Part shown: one piece after another, positions 21,724 through 32,352 of the stretch
Position numbering within the stretch: position 1 is the first letter of the stretch
Layout of the letters: each line of letters begins with the position of its first letter
Program-made: the position numbers and the translations under genes
Origin: Candidatus Latescibacterota bacterium
Lineage (GTDB): Bacteria > Latescibacterota > UBA2968
Assembly (NCBI GenBank): GCA_965198115.1
Contig: OZ240241.1
Location: forward strand, 4,032,001 to 4,096,000
Reading direction: 5' to 3'
DNA length: 64,000 bases
The notes under the pieces: generated by a model
Told to the model about the DNA's origin: nothing
Databases searched by the model: none
Seen by the model: the letters and a program-made list of their open reading frames with translations, nothing else

Positions 21724-22049
21724 TTCCGCGACCTCCGATGCGCCAAAGGGCGGCGGGCTTCCAGACGATCGATTCTTTGTTGCAGCAGCTCGTTGTCCAT
21801 CGTGAGCTCGCCAATCTTCGCCTGGAGGTCCTTGACCCTCTCGTCACGCTCGTCGCTCGGACGAGAGCGTAGTGCGGCCTGGGCGCCAGAGTGGAACTGA
21901 TCGCGCCACTCGCTCAATTTAGCTGCCGTTACTCCCAGATCGCGAGAGACGCTGTCGAGGCTCTCGCCACGCATCACACGTAATACGGCTTCGGCCTTCT
22001 TCTTCACGGAGAAACGACCCTGCGAAGTCGCGCTTGTAGCCTTGTTCAT
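21720..22049 (-). CDS. IS3 family transposase OrfA (HTH plus zipper)
   Basis: RFSVKKKAEAVLRV...KIGELTMDNELL; ATGA overlap with orfB. Confidence 0.92.
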   Translation of the reverse strand: MNKATSATSQGRFSVKKKAEAVLRVMRGESLDSVSRDLGVTAAKLSEWRDQFHSGAQAALRSRPSDERDERVKDLQAKIGELTMDNELLQQRIDRLEARRPLAHRRSRK

Positions 22050-22137
22050 GGTGGACCCTCCTTTTCGACCTACTGTAGGTCAACGGAGTGTCCAAGAAAA
22101 CCCCGGGGCGCTGGAGAGTTATGTAGGAGCCAATCCA

Positions 22138-23319
22138 ATGAAATGCGCAACCCTCTACATCGGAATCGTCCTGCTCGTGACCGTCACGACAGCCGTTGTT
22201 CCCGATCGACTACTCGCGCAGAAAGAGGCCGTCGTCGATTCATCGAGGCAGGCACGGAAGCACCTGTCATTCGGCGCCCGGTATTACAAGAACAAGTCGT
22301 TCGAAGACGCCGAAACCCAACTCCTCAAGTCGGTTGCCTACAACCCTTCAGAAGGTCGGGCAGCCTACTATCTCGGGCGCGTCTACAACGACACCGACCG
22401 ATACGATGAGGCACTGGAGTGGTTCGACAAGGCCATTGAGCTTCTCAAGCCGACAAGCCCCAGTTTTCAGAACAGCTATTTCTTCAAGGGTCAGATCTAC
22501 CAGCTCCAGGAAGACCGGCCCAACGCAATCGATACTTACCAAAAACTCCTCGACATCGACCCCAAACCCGAACAGAAGATTCAGTATCTCCACTATCTGA
22601 TCAGCATGCTCGTCGAGGAGGAAGAATTCGAACCAGCCCTCGAATATGCTCGAGTGTGGGGCGAACTCGATCCCGACAACCCCGAAGTGCGCGATACGAT
22701 CGCCAAACTCGCCATGCATACCGGTGGCGCCGAGGAAGCGCTGGCGGAAAAGGAGAGAATTCTCGAGATGAACCCCAACGATTGGGAGACGCTCGAGTGG
22801 CTGGGCGACCAATATCGAGGACTGCAGGAACACGATAAGGCATTCGATGCTTTCGCTCGACTCCACGACCACGACCCCACCAACTTCATCTACCTTGACA
22901 ATCTCCTCGAACTCAGCAACCATACGGGCAAGAGAAACAGTTACCGCGTTGGCATTTTAAAGAAAATGCACGATTTGCAGCCCAAGAATCTCAAGGTCCT
23001 GGAGTCGTTGGCCGATCAGACGGGTTCTCTCAGGTGGATCAACACCGGGCTCAAGGTGGATGCACAGAGTGGACGACTGAACTACCTTAAGGGCGACCAC
23101 TATCTTAAAAGATGGAACAACGCTTCGGCCAAGCAGGATTCGGTTCGAGCCCTTACCTGGTACAAGAAAGCGCTGAAGGATCCCCAGTGGAGGGACAACG
23201 CTCAGCGAATGATCTGGGAGCTCGATCCGCCGCTCACCGAGGAGGAGAAGCGAAAGCGCGAATTCTTCGACAAGTCAAAGAACAAGAAAGAGGAAGTCAA
23301 GGTTAAGGGTAAGAAGTAG
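22138..23319 (+). CDS. Exported tetratricopeptide repeat protein
   Basis: Signal peptide after an AGGAG RBS; TPR pattern AAYYLGRVY...ALEWFDKAIEL. Confidence 0.85.
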   Translation: MKCATLYIGIVLLVTVTTAVVPDRLLAQKEAVVDSSRQARKHLSFGARYYKNKSFEDAETQLLKSVAYNPSEGRAAYYLGRVYNDTDRYDEALEWFDKAIELLKPTSPSFQNSYFFKGQIYQLQEDRPNAIDTYQKLLDIDPKPEQKIQYLHYLISMLVEEEEFEPALEYARVWGELDPDNPEVRDTIAKLAMHTGGAEEALAEKERILEMNPNDWETLEWLGDQYRGLQEHDKAFDAFARLHDHDPTNFIYLDNLLELSNHTGKRNSYRVGILKKMHDLQPKNLKVLESLADQTGSLRWINTGLKVDAQSGRLNYLKGDHYLKRWNNASAKQDSVRALTWYKKALKDPQWRDNAQRMIWELDPPLTEEEKRKREFFDKSKNKKEEVKVKGKK

Positions 23320-23522
23320 AAGAAGAGGAGAACCTCTTCGGTAATCTGCTCCTCGTTCTTCATCGCCTCACTACTTTCACCCGTTCGTGTGGGTCCACCG
23401 CTTGCATAGGCTACCCTGGCCATTCCCGGATTGCGGGACCACCGGTGACCACATCAAGCTCCGGGTTGGACCCTCCCCGATTTTCGTGACACAATACAAA
23501 CCAATCTCTTGGGGGATGTGGC

Positions 23523-24140
23523 ATGGTTGAACTGTTCGTCAAAGGTGGGCCCTTCATGTGGCCCCTTCTTCTTATGTTGTTCTTCGGTCTCGTCGTGTCC
23601 TTCGAACGCCTCTACACGCTCAGCAAGGCGCACATCAATTCAAAAGAGTTCTTTACGCAGGTCCAGGAGGCCTTGAAGCAGGGGGGACCTGAAGCGGCTG
23701 CCGAAATTTGCTCGAACACACCGGGCCCCGTTGCCTCCGTATTGCACGCAGGTCTGCTACGGTTGGACCGGGGTCTCGACCACGTCGAGAAAGCCATCAC
23801 CGAATCGGGGGCGGTCGAAATGGCCTTTCTCGAGCGGGGCATGGTCTGGTTGTCGACGGTCGCCAACATTGCTCCGCTGCTGGGCTTCCTTGGGACCGTG
23901 TCCGGTATGATCGGCGCGTTCGAGGCAATCGCCGCTGCAGGCGATGTCGAGCCTAGCATCGTGGCCAGCGGCATCTCCGAGGCACTGATCACTACCGCCT
24001 CCGGTCTGGTGATCGCCATCCCCATTCAGGCTTTTCACAACTTCTTCGTTTCGAAAATCGACAAAATTATCATCGACATGCAGGAAGCCTCCACCCAGTT
24101 TGTCGAAGAACTGATTCAGCTGGGGTACGGCAAGGAGTAA
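23523..24140 (+). CDS. exbB: MotA/TolQ/ExbB proton channel protein
   Basis: APLLGFLGTVSGMI and GISEALITTASGLVIAIP motifs. Confidence 0.92.
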   Translation: MVELFVKGGPFMWPLLLMLFFGLVVSFERLYTLSKAHINSKEFFTQVQEALKQGGPEAAAEICSNTPGPVASVLHAGLLRLDRGLDHVEKAITESGAVEMAFLERGMVWLSTVANIAPLLGFLGTVSGMIGAFEAIAAAGDVEPSIVASGISEALITTASGLVIAIPIQAFHNFFVSKIDKIIIDMQEASTQFVEELIQLGYGKE

Positions 24141-24143
24141 TCC

Positions 24144-24545
24144 ATGCATCTCAATCGACGGGAAAAGTCAAACCCGGAGATTCCGACGAGTTCGATGGCC
24201 GACATCGCCTTCCTGCTCATCGTCTTCTTCCTCGTGACAACGACGATGAACCAGGACAAAGGCATCGGCATGCAACTCCCCCCGGCGGGTGAGTCGAAGA
24301 AGATTCAGAAAAAGAACATTTGCAACATCTGGGTCAACGCGGCTGGTGCGATCCTCATCAATCTCGAAGAGGAAGTCCCCCTCACCCAACTGCGTGCGAA
24401 CATCGAAGCACGCATCGCCACGAACGAGAAGCTCATCGTCTCACTCAAGGCCGATGAAGAGACATCTTACGAAAGCTTCATCTCCGTACTGGACGAAGTC
24501 AAGCTCGCCGGAGCCGACAAAATTTCTCTAGCCTCGCCCGAATAG
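24144..24545 (+). CDS. exbD: ExbD/TolR family protein
   Basis: SSMADIAFLLIVFFLVTT transmembrane segment with the conserved Asp. Confidence 0.92.
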   Translation: MHLNRREKSNPEIPTSSMADIAFLLIVFFLVTTTMNQDKGIGMQLPPAGESKKIQKKNICNIWVNAAGAILINLEEEVPLTQLRANIEARIATNEKLIVSLKADEETSYESFISVLDEVKLAGADKISLASPE

Positions 24546-24554
24546 GGGGTTCCA

Positions 24555-24965
24555 TTGCCTGATTTCAAGAAAAAATCGAGCGTTGGTGAATCGATCCCCA
24601 CGGGCTCCATGGCCGATATCGCTTTTCTCCTCCTGATTTTCTTCATGGTCACCACCGTCTTCGTGCGGTATCGCGTGACTGGAATCATTCTGCCCCGGGC
24701 GGAAAAGATCGAGGAGTTGAAGAAACGGCGATTGATCTCCTATCTCTGGGTTTCGGCCGATCGCAAGATCTACATTGACGACAAGGTCGCGCAGCTCGAC
24801 CAGGTCGCCAACGTCTTCTACGAACGACGGGTCAAGGAACCCCAAACCATCGTTTCGCTTAAATGCGACTTCCGGGCACCGTATGGGCTCGTGTCGCGAG
24901 TGATCGAGGAACTCCGAAAAGCGGACACACTGCGAATCAACTTTGCCGCTGACAAGGAGGGGTGA
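24555..24965 (+). CDS. exbD: ExbD/TolR family protein (second copy)
   Basis: GSMADIAFLLLIFFMVTT. Confidence 0.92.
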   Translation: MPDFKKKSSVGESIPTGSMADIAFLLLIFFMVTTVFVRYRVTGIILPRAEKIEELKKRRLISYLWVSADRKIYIDDKVAQLDQVANVFYERRVKEPQTIVSLKCDFRAPYGLVSRVIEELRKADTLRINFAADKEG

Positions 24966-25612
24966 CCATGGTTAGAGGAAAAAACCCCGAAGCCGATCTG
25001 AGGCTGCGATACAAGAAAGTCTTCTGGATCTGTACGGGTATCAACTTTGTGCTCCACGTGCTCTTCGCCGTCCTCTTTCCCGATATGAATGTCCAGGCGG
25101 CGACCCGAAAGCGAGATCAGATCATCATCAACATGGAAGACATTCCAGAAACGCGTCAGATCCAGCGCCCCCCACCCCCACCGCGTCCTGCCGTGCCGAT
25201 CGAGACGGAAAGCGACGACGTGCCCGATGACGTCACGATCGAAAGCACGGACCTCGATTTCGACGATGCGACGGTCGACCTGCCACCTCCACCGCCACCA
25301 GGCTCCCACGACGCCATGGAGGAGGAGATCCTCGAATTCTTCATGGTCGAGGACAAGCCCAAACTCAAAAAGGGCGCGAAGCCGAAATATCCGGAGATCG
25401 CCAGAAAGGCGGGGCTTCAGGGTAAGGTGTTTGTCCGCTTCCACGTGGGCAGGGATGGCCGTGTCAAACAGGTTCAGATCCTCAAGGGTGAGGAAATCTT
25501 TCGCCAGGCCGCTATAGATGCGGTCATGCAGTTCGTTTTTTCTCCCGCCATGCAGAACGACAAGCCCGTCGCCGTCTGGATGAGCCAGGTCATACGATTC
25601 GACCTGAACTGA
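24962..25612 (+). CDS. tonB: Energy transducer TonB
   Basis: TM with a conserved His, poly-Pro linker and YPEIARKAGLQGKVFVRF C-terminal domain. Confidence 0.92.
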   Translation: MTMVRGKNPEADLRLRYKKVFWICTGINFVLHVLFAVLFPDMNVQAATRKRDQIIINMEDIPETRQIQRPPPPPRPAVPIETESDDVPDDVTIESTDLDFDDATVDLPPPPPPGSHDAMEEEILEFFMVEDKPKLKKGAKPKYPEIARKAGLQGKVFVRFHVGRDGRVKQVQILKGEEIFRQAAIDAVMQFVFSPAMQNDKPVAVWMSQVIRFDLN

Positions 25613-25634
25613 CGCCCAGAAAGAGAGTCAGTCG

Positions 25635-25670
25635 GGGGCCGCTACGACCGCGTCGTGGCGGCCCTTTTGT
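25635..25670 (+). terminator. Intrinsic terminator after tonB
   Basis: gggccgctacgac-cgc-gtcgtggcggccc followed by ttttgt. Confidence 0.8.
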
Positions 25671-25770
25671 GTTGCTTCTTGACACTCACGGGCGGGATTG
25701 ACTACTTTATTGGCTGTCCTGATTCGATCCGCACCAAACCACCTGTACCAGCAGCCAGATTGGGAGAACG

Positions 25771-26976
25771 ATGCTGATGACACGACGATTACTTGCCGCC
25801 GTCGTGGTGGCCCTACTGCTCGTTTCGTCGCCCAGCTTTACTCAAGTTTCGCCCGAGTCCGCTGAAAAATACAACGCTGGACAAGACCTGTTCCAAAAGC
25901 GACGCTACGCCGATGCCATCAAGACCTTCGAAGAAGCCGTAACCCTTGACGGGAAGAACGCCCAGGCCTACCAGGCAATGGGGTTGACGTATCAGAAAAT
26001 GCGGAACTACGAGAAGGCCGCGGAAGCTTACAAGATGGCGACATCTGTCAAACGTGACTACACGGGGGCCTATTTCGCGCTGGGTCAACTGCAGCTCGTT
26101 TCGCTCAAACAATATCGCGATGCTCAGGCCAGCTTCAGGAAAGTCCTGGAAATGGAGCCGGGCTTCAAAGACGGAAAAGCTCGAGAATTCCTGGCTGGTG
26201 CACATCTTCGGCAAGGCCTGACCTATATCCGACAGAAGGACTACAAGGGTGCGGTTGAAGAATACACCGAGGCCAGTCAGATAGACCCGTCGAGCGCCAA
26301 GACGTTCTACAACTTGGGTCTGGCGCACAAGGGTGCACGTAATTACAAGGAGGCAATCGCATCAATCTCGACGGCAACGGATCTCGACCCCAATTACGAC
26401 AAGGCCTACAAGTCGCTCGGAGATCTCTACAAGCTTACGAGAAAAAACAGCCGGGCAGCGGCCGCCTACGAAAAGGCCATCAAAGCCAATGTCAAGAACG
26501 GTAGGGCCTACATCGAACTAGCCGATGTTTACAGCGACACGAAACAGTTCAAGAAGGCAGTGACCACCCTCAAGAGAGGCGTCGCGGCCGTTCCCAACGA
26601 TGCCAAGATGTTGACCTCCCTTGGGTTCGCGAAGCATCAGGCCAAAGACTTCTCAGGAGCCATCGCTTCCTACAAGCGGGCACTCGCCAAAGACGCTCGA
26701 TCGAAGGAGACGAACTACCGGATCGCGGTTACCTATTTTGAAACGAAGCAATACAAGTCGGCGGCAGCTGCTGCCCGGAAGGCGCTTTCCGGCAGGTACA
26801 GCGTACCTGCCAACGTGATCCTCGGTGACATTTACGAAGCCATGAAGAGCGACGGGTGGAAGGACAAGGCCATCGCGCACTATGAGAAGGGGTTGCGTGA
26901 CCGTCGTTACAAGAAGTATTGCGAAGATAAGATCGAACGGATCAAGAATCCGATGGGTGAGGAAGAGACTGGGTGA
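25771..26976 (+). CDS. Exported tetratricopeptide repeat protein
   Basis: Signal peptide and many TPR units such as AKTFYNLGLAH. Confidence 0.9.
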   Translation: MLMTRRLLAAVVVALLLVSSPSFTQVSPESAEKYNAGQDLFQKRRYADAIKTFEEAVTLDGKNAQAYQAMGLTYQKMRNYEKAAEAYKMATSVKRDYTGAYFALGQLQLVSLKQYRDAQASFRKVLEMEPGFKDGKAREFLAGAHLRQGLTYIRQKDYKGAVEEYTEASQIDPSSAKTFYNLGLAHKGARNYKEAIASISTATDLDPNYDKAYKSLGDLYKLTRKNSRAAAAYEKAIKANVKNGRAYIELADVYSDTKQFKKAVTTLKRGVAAVPNDAKMLTSLGFAKHQAKDFSGAIASYKRALAKDARSKETNYRIAVTYFETKQYKSAAAAARKALSGRYSVPANVILGDIYEAMKSDGWKDKAIAHYEKGLRDRRYKKYCEDKIERIKNPMGEEETG

Positions 26977-27006
26977 ACCGTGGCGACCTGATCTCGATAG
27001 GAACCG

Positions 27007-27040
27007 AAAATGGGGGCTCGATGAGTTCCCATTTTTCTTT
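27007..27040 (+). terminator. Intrinsic terminator
   Basis: aaaatgggggctc-gat-gagttcccattttt followed by cttt. Confidence 0.7.
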
Positions 27041-30000
27041 GGTGCAAGGAAATAAGCTTTTGGTAAATTTAGTACTTAAGGGCGTTCCGTGCCCAGTCGA
27101 TAGTAATAGTGCCTCCCTTGCGGGAGAACTATGTCCGTATCCGGGACTGCCGTCCTCCGACGGAGGAGGAAAAACGTCAGGTCATCGCCGAATTCCCCAC
27201 AGGTGATATTATGGCAGAAGAACCCCTAGATCCCCAGAGCGAAGAGTCCGAAGAGGCCGAACCAGAGGCCCTCGACCAAAACGCCATCAACGAAATGCTC
27301 GAACAGGCCCAGGATTCCGAGGCCGACAATCTGGAAAACCTGCTCGACGACCTCGAAGAGACTCCCGAAGACGCGGAGGAGGGTGCAGAAACCTCTGACG
27401 CCGACCAGATGGAATCCATGCTCGACGACATGGAGGAGGAGACATCCGAGGAAAACCTGGATGACGTCCTCTACCAGGCGACACTCGCCGATACAGAAGC
27501 CACCACACAGGATGGAGAGCCCGTCGCCGAACCCGCTGAAGCTGAAGCCGCTGCCTCCGTGGATGAAGGAACGACGGAGGAGGAGGCCGAGGCTCTAGAC
27601 GATCTGGCCGCGCTTTTCGATGACGAAGATACTAAGGCTGAGGATGAAGCCGAGGAGGTAGTGGCTGTCGAGGAGCCGTCGGTCGATGAAGAAACGCCGA
27701 CCGATCAAGCTGTCGAGGAAGAGCCTCGCGATGAAGTAGAGGACCTCGGCGCCCTCCTCCAGGGGCTCGATGGCGACACGACTGAAGATCCCGTCGAAAC
27801 GGCTGTCGAAGAACCAGAGGAGGAAACGACCAGCGAACCGTCTGTTGACGAGGAGGCGGTCGGCGCAGAAGCGGATGCCGATACGGCAGAGATTGAAGAT
27901 CTGGACGATGCTGCCACCGAAGAAATAGTGGATCTCGTCGAGTCCCCCGAAGAGGGCGAGGATATCGCAGCAGCTGAACCGGTCGAAGATGAGGTAGATG
28001 TCGACATGGCCGACCTCGTCGACTCGCTCGACGAAGATGCCGGGGTCGCAGTGAGTGCGGAAGCCGCCGATCTGGAGACCGCCGAAGAAGCCACAGAAGA
28101 GGAAGGGCTGGAGGATCTTGTCGAAACTCTCGATGATGAAGAGAGCGCTGAAGGCGAGACGTCTGACGAAGACGCCGTCGAGGAAATCGATCTCGAGGCA
28201 CTCACCGAAGCGGAGGAGGATGACGACGTCGCCGATCTCGTCGATTCACTCGTCGATGAAGAGGCCCCCGACGACGAAGTCATCGCGGAGGATACGGCCG
28301 AGGGCGAGAGCGACGAAGATGCCGCCGAGGCCGTCGAATCGCTCGAGGATGACGAGCTTGTTGAGGACGCCGCAGACCCGGCCGTCGAGGGTGACGATGA
28401 TGTCGCCGACCTCGTCGAGGCGCTCGAAGACGATGCGTCCACCGATGTCACCGATACGGAAGACGTAGACCTGGCGGATCTGACCGAGGAAGATGATGTC
28501 GCCGAACTCGTCGAGGCGCTTGAAGACGACGAGTCTCCTGCGGAAAGCGAAGCCGAAGAGGCTATCGACCTCGGGCAGGTCGCTGAGGAGAGCGACGAGG
28601 AAAGTCTGTTCGATGCTCTGGTCGACGAGACGGACGAAGAGACCGAAGCGGTCGTAGATGACGCGGTTGAAGGCGAGGCCGTCGATGACGAAATAGAGGT
28701 CGATGCGATCGAAGACCTTGAAGAAGATGTCACCGACCCCTCGGCCGAGGAAATTACTGAATTGGCCGAAGAGGAAGACCCTGGCGAACTAGCCGAACTC
28801 CTGGACGACCTCGAGGAGGCAGACGATGCCGCGCCCGAAGTCGAAACCGAATCCGAGGACGACCTCGCCGACCTGATCGACAACCTGGAAGATGACGAGG
28901 CCGGGGCTGAAGTCCTGGACGAGGAAGATGATCTCTCGGATCTGCTCGAGGAGGAGGAAGGAGACGTTGCAGACGTCCTCACCCTGGACGACGACGAACC
29001 CGAAGAGGATGTGAACCTCGAGACGCTGATCGCCGAAGATCCTGTCGAGGAGGACCTGGACCTCACGGCGGACCCGGAAGAGAGCGACGAATCGGTCCTC
29101 GCCCTGTCAGACGAAGAAGACCTGGAGGATCTGGACAGTCTTCTCGAGGATCTGGACGCAGACCCCACCCCAATCGAGACCGTCCCCGACGAGGCCGAGG
29201 ATGACCTCGACGCGCTTCTCGCAGAAGACGACACGGACTTGACAATTGGCGTCGAGGACGAAGTCGCACACATCCTCGCAACAGGTGCGCCTCCTCCAGA
29301 CGCCGAAGATTCGATCCTCGATGACTTCAAGAGTGTTCAGGCGGACCTCGCTACAGAGGGAGGCGATGAAGGGGGAACCATCCTCTTCGTCGACTCTGAC
29401 GGGGAGAACATCAACCTTTTCCGTGATGCGCTCTCAGACGGTGACTACGCTTTAGTGACCGCTCCCTCTAGCGGAGAGGCTCTGAGTGCCATTCAGATAC
29501 ACGACGTCGATCTGATTCTCGTCAATCTCGACGAGGGGGACGGGGCGGATCTCGTGTCGGAACTCGGCGGACCGGATATGCCCGACATCCCGGTCATCGT
29601 CACGAGCGAAGAGAGTGAGAGGATCGAAACCGCCCTTCAGGAGGGAGCTGTCGACCACTTCTCCCGCCCCATTGGTGTGCTCGACCTCGAACTCCAGGTT
29701 CCGCTGACCGTCTCTAACCTCATTCGTCTCCGCCGTGCGGAGCGCACCCTGGCCGGAATGCCGTCCACTGCAATGGCAGAACCAACCGAGGACGACTCGG
29801 ACGTGGCCCTGGGCGCCGCCGAAGACGATTTGGACGCACTCCTGGGCGATGATCCGATTGTCGACGACGATGACCTGTTCGACGAAGACACGAACGATCT
29901 CGTCGACGATGACCTCTCCTCCTCCCTCGATCTCGACGATCTGCTCGATGACGACCTGAGCGAGGATGACCTCGATACCTCCCCCGAGGCGCTCCTGACG

Positions 30001-30376
30001 GGGACGGGGGGCAGCTTGACCGACGACGAGGGCGAGCGGTTGACACCCCTGTCCGATCAGGGCAAGATGGCAAAACGAATGGACCTCTACACGCCCACGA
30101 AATCATCCAGCCTGCCCACGTTCATCGGCATCGTGGGACTCGTTCTCGCCCTCGCCGGTATCAGCGGCCTGGCGACAAAATACGTGATGGACATGCGAGA
30201 CGCCGAGATGGTCGAGCCCCAATCCACGCGTCCGATCGCCCTCCCGGTGATCAAGCCTCCGACCATCCAACAGGCGGGTTACGAACGGTCTCGCGATCAG
30301 GTGCGGCGCCCAACCGACTTCGAGCGCCAAGCGGACAACGTCAAGCTCCGAATCCGGAATTCGGTCAGGGAGCTAA

Positions 30377-31670
30377 GGGTTCGCGAATAAATAAACGGTC
30401 GATCTCAATGTTGAGCCATTGGCCGGATCGTGTAGTTCCAGTCGCCGTGGAAATCGTGCGGAGTGAGATCGATTTGGGTCATCTGTTCATCGGTCACCTT
30501 GACCCCGTTAGGGTAGGGTCGCTTGTCGATCTCGGAGCGTACTCGGAGACCGGCTTGAGTGGTCGTTCCGGCAATGAGATTCACGGTTGCAGCCAGGCTG
30601 ACCAGGGGCTTGCCTCGCCAGTTCATAGCGATGAAGGAGAACAGGCGATGTTCGATCTTGTTCCACTTACTAGTGCCAGGAGGGTAGTGGCATACGGTGA
30701 TCGTCAGGCCAGTGCGATTCGCAAAGCGCTGCAGCTCCCACTTCCACAGCCGCGTCTTGGCGCCGTTGCTGCCGCCTGCGTCCGCCGTGATTAGCAGATG
30801 CGTCGAAGTGCCGTAGGCGGGCCGTCCCATGTTCTTCCACCAACTTCGGATCGCATTCACGGCGAAGCTGGCCGTGTCGTGATCGATACCGACACTTACC
30901 CAGCCTTCATCACGGCTCAGATCATACACTCCATAAGGGATCGCCTTGCCCTGAGCAGGCACTATGAAATCGTGTACCTTCACACGCTCCGGGTCTCCCT
31001 TGGGTCGCCATTCTCGGCCAGGATTCTTGAAGTCGCCGATCAACTCTTTCTTCTTGGTGTCCACCGAGATAACGGGAAGGCCCTGCTGCTGCTGCTGGCT
31101 AATCCGATCATCGAGGTAAACGAACTGAGCGTCCCGATCCGGGTGTGCAGATCCCTCCCTTGTCTTCCGATTCGCCTGCAGCGTGTAATCGTGTTCGTGC
31201 AGGAGATTGGCAACGATCCTGGGGCTCACCGAATGCCCCATCGCTTGCAACTCGGCGGCCAGTTTGCGAGTGCTCTTCGATGTCCATCTCAGAGGATTGT
31301 CGTCAGGCGACCCCGCAGTCGTTGGCTCGACCAGATCATTCAGGTCCTGCCACAGCGTCGGGTCCGTGTCGGCCTTCCGCTTACGACCGCCGCCTGGACG
31401 CCGGATGCGAGCCGGGTCCAAAGGTTCGTCCGACCTCAACTCCTGAATGCCACGAAAGATCCGCTCTCTGGACATTCCTGTCGCCAGAGCCACAATCGCG
31501 ATCCCACCGTGACCCAACGCTTCGGCTTCCGTGGCGGCCCACAGACGACGCGTGCGTTCCGTCAGCACCGGAGCCAAGGCTTCATACTTCGTTCGGAGAG
31601 TTTCGACGTCCACACTCCGAGCGTAAGATCATTACCTTGAAAAGTGCAGCACTTATTTCGTGGCAAACCC
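30377..31670 (-). mobile_element. ISAzo13-family insertion sequence
   Basis: IRs gggttcgcgaataaataa and ttatttcgtggcaaaccc; 3-bp TSD TAA at 30374-30376 and 31671-31673. Confidence 0.93.
30405..31613 (-). CDS. ISAzo13 family transposase
   Basis: ISVDTKKKELIG, ITADAGGSNG and PPGTSKWNKIEHRLFS motifs. Confidence 0.96.
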   Translation of the reverse strand: MDVETLRTKYEALAPVLTERTRRLWAATEAEALGHGGIAIVALATGMSRERIFRGIQELRSDEPLDPARIRRPGGGRKRKADTDPTLWQDLNDLVEPTTAGSPDDNPLRWTSKSTRKLAAELQAMGHSVSPRIVANLLHEHDYTLQANRKTREGSAHPDRDAQFVYLDDRISQQQQQGLPVISVDTKKKELIGDFKNPGREWRPKGDPERVKVHDFIVPAQGKAIPYGVYDLSRDEGWVSVGIDHDTASFAVNAIRSWWKNMGRPAYGTSTHLLITADAGGSNGAKTRLWKWELQRFANRTGLTITVCHYPPGTSKWNKIEHRLFSFIAMNWRGKPLVSLAATVNLIAGTTTQAGLRVRSEIDKRPYPNGVKVTDEQMTQIDLTPHDFHGDWNYTIRPMAQH

Positions 31671-32352
31671 TAAACGACCAAAACGGCGCTTGGTGGTCGC
31701 CTTGGCGCGTGATGCGCACCGTAGGAGGATCCGTCGACGTGCTCGTCCAGGGTCGAGATCGTCAGGATATCGTCGACGCATTCGGAGCCAGTCGATCGGA
31801 CGTGACAGCCGCGCTCAACAGCAACCGCACTGTAAGCTACCTCGAAGGTGTGGGCTACAACGTCCGCGGCAAGACAGAGTCTGATCTATCCGCCCGTGAG
31901 ACGTTCGAGCTCCTCTCCGCTCGAGAGATCAATTCGGCGGACGAAATCGTCGACGTCCTATCGAGATTGACCGATCGACTCGCACGCGATCGTGCTGAAC
32001 GATCGGAGCGAGAATCCAAACGACGGAAGTCGGGCACCGCCTCGATCGTGCCCAATGCCGTGCCAGCCATACCCGAACTCGATCAGAAACCGACGGCCGT
32101 CTTTGAGAAGGTGCTCGGCCGCACCGTCGATGCCCCGTCGAACCGACCCGTTCTCAGTCGGGGCTCGCCGAAAACCTCGTCGACCGGCTGACAGTATCGC
32201 ATCGATGCGAATGCACAGACGGGTGGCACGACGTGCCGCCCGTCTTTCCTATGTCTGCTGGTCACAGATCAACCAATCCCTCCGTTGCACTCCGATCGAC
32301 GACCCGTATATTGAGAAAATCCACGCCGTTCCACTAAAAGCCCGAGGATGAC

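Larger units (their letters stand above)
20788..22115 (-). mobile_element. IS3-family insertion sequence
   Basis: orfA/orfB pair; imperfect IRs with inner tggacact (to 20816) and agtgtcca (from 22087); flanked by the 13-bp direct repeat gagttatgtagga. Confidence 0.88.
27211..32191 (+). pseudogene. Giant acidic protein with a pseudo-receiver domain, one TM and a C-terminal domain (1227 aa reconstructed), interrupted by ISAzo13
   Basis: Removing the IS and one TAA copy joins ...NSVREL to NDQNGAWWSPW... in frame, ending at the stop at 32191. Confidence 0.85.

Noticed and set aside
22042-22137. N-terminal extension of the TPR protein
   Set aside because: It lies mostly within the IS3 end; the RBS and signal peptide point to ATG 22138.
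27300-29300. CRISPR array or DNA tandem repeat in the repetitive acidic region
   Set aside because: The repeats are degenerate and codon-level, with no constant repeat and unique spacer pattern and no cas genes.
27705-29330. 541-aa Ser-rich minus-strand ORF
   Set aside because: It is the antisense shadow of the Asp/Glu codons of the acidic protein.
31145-32191. Independent 348-aa gene
   Set aside because: Its first half is antisense to the ISAzo13 transposase; only the part after 31673 is coding, as the tail of the interrupted acidic protein.
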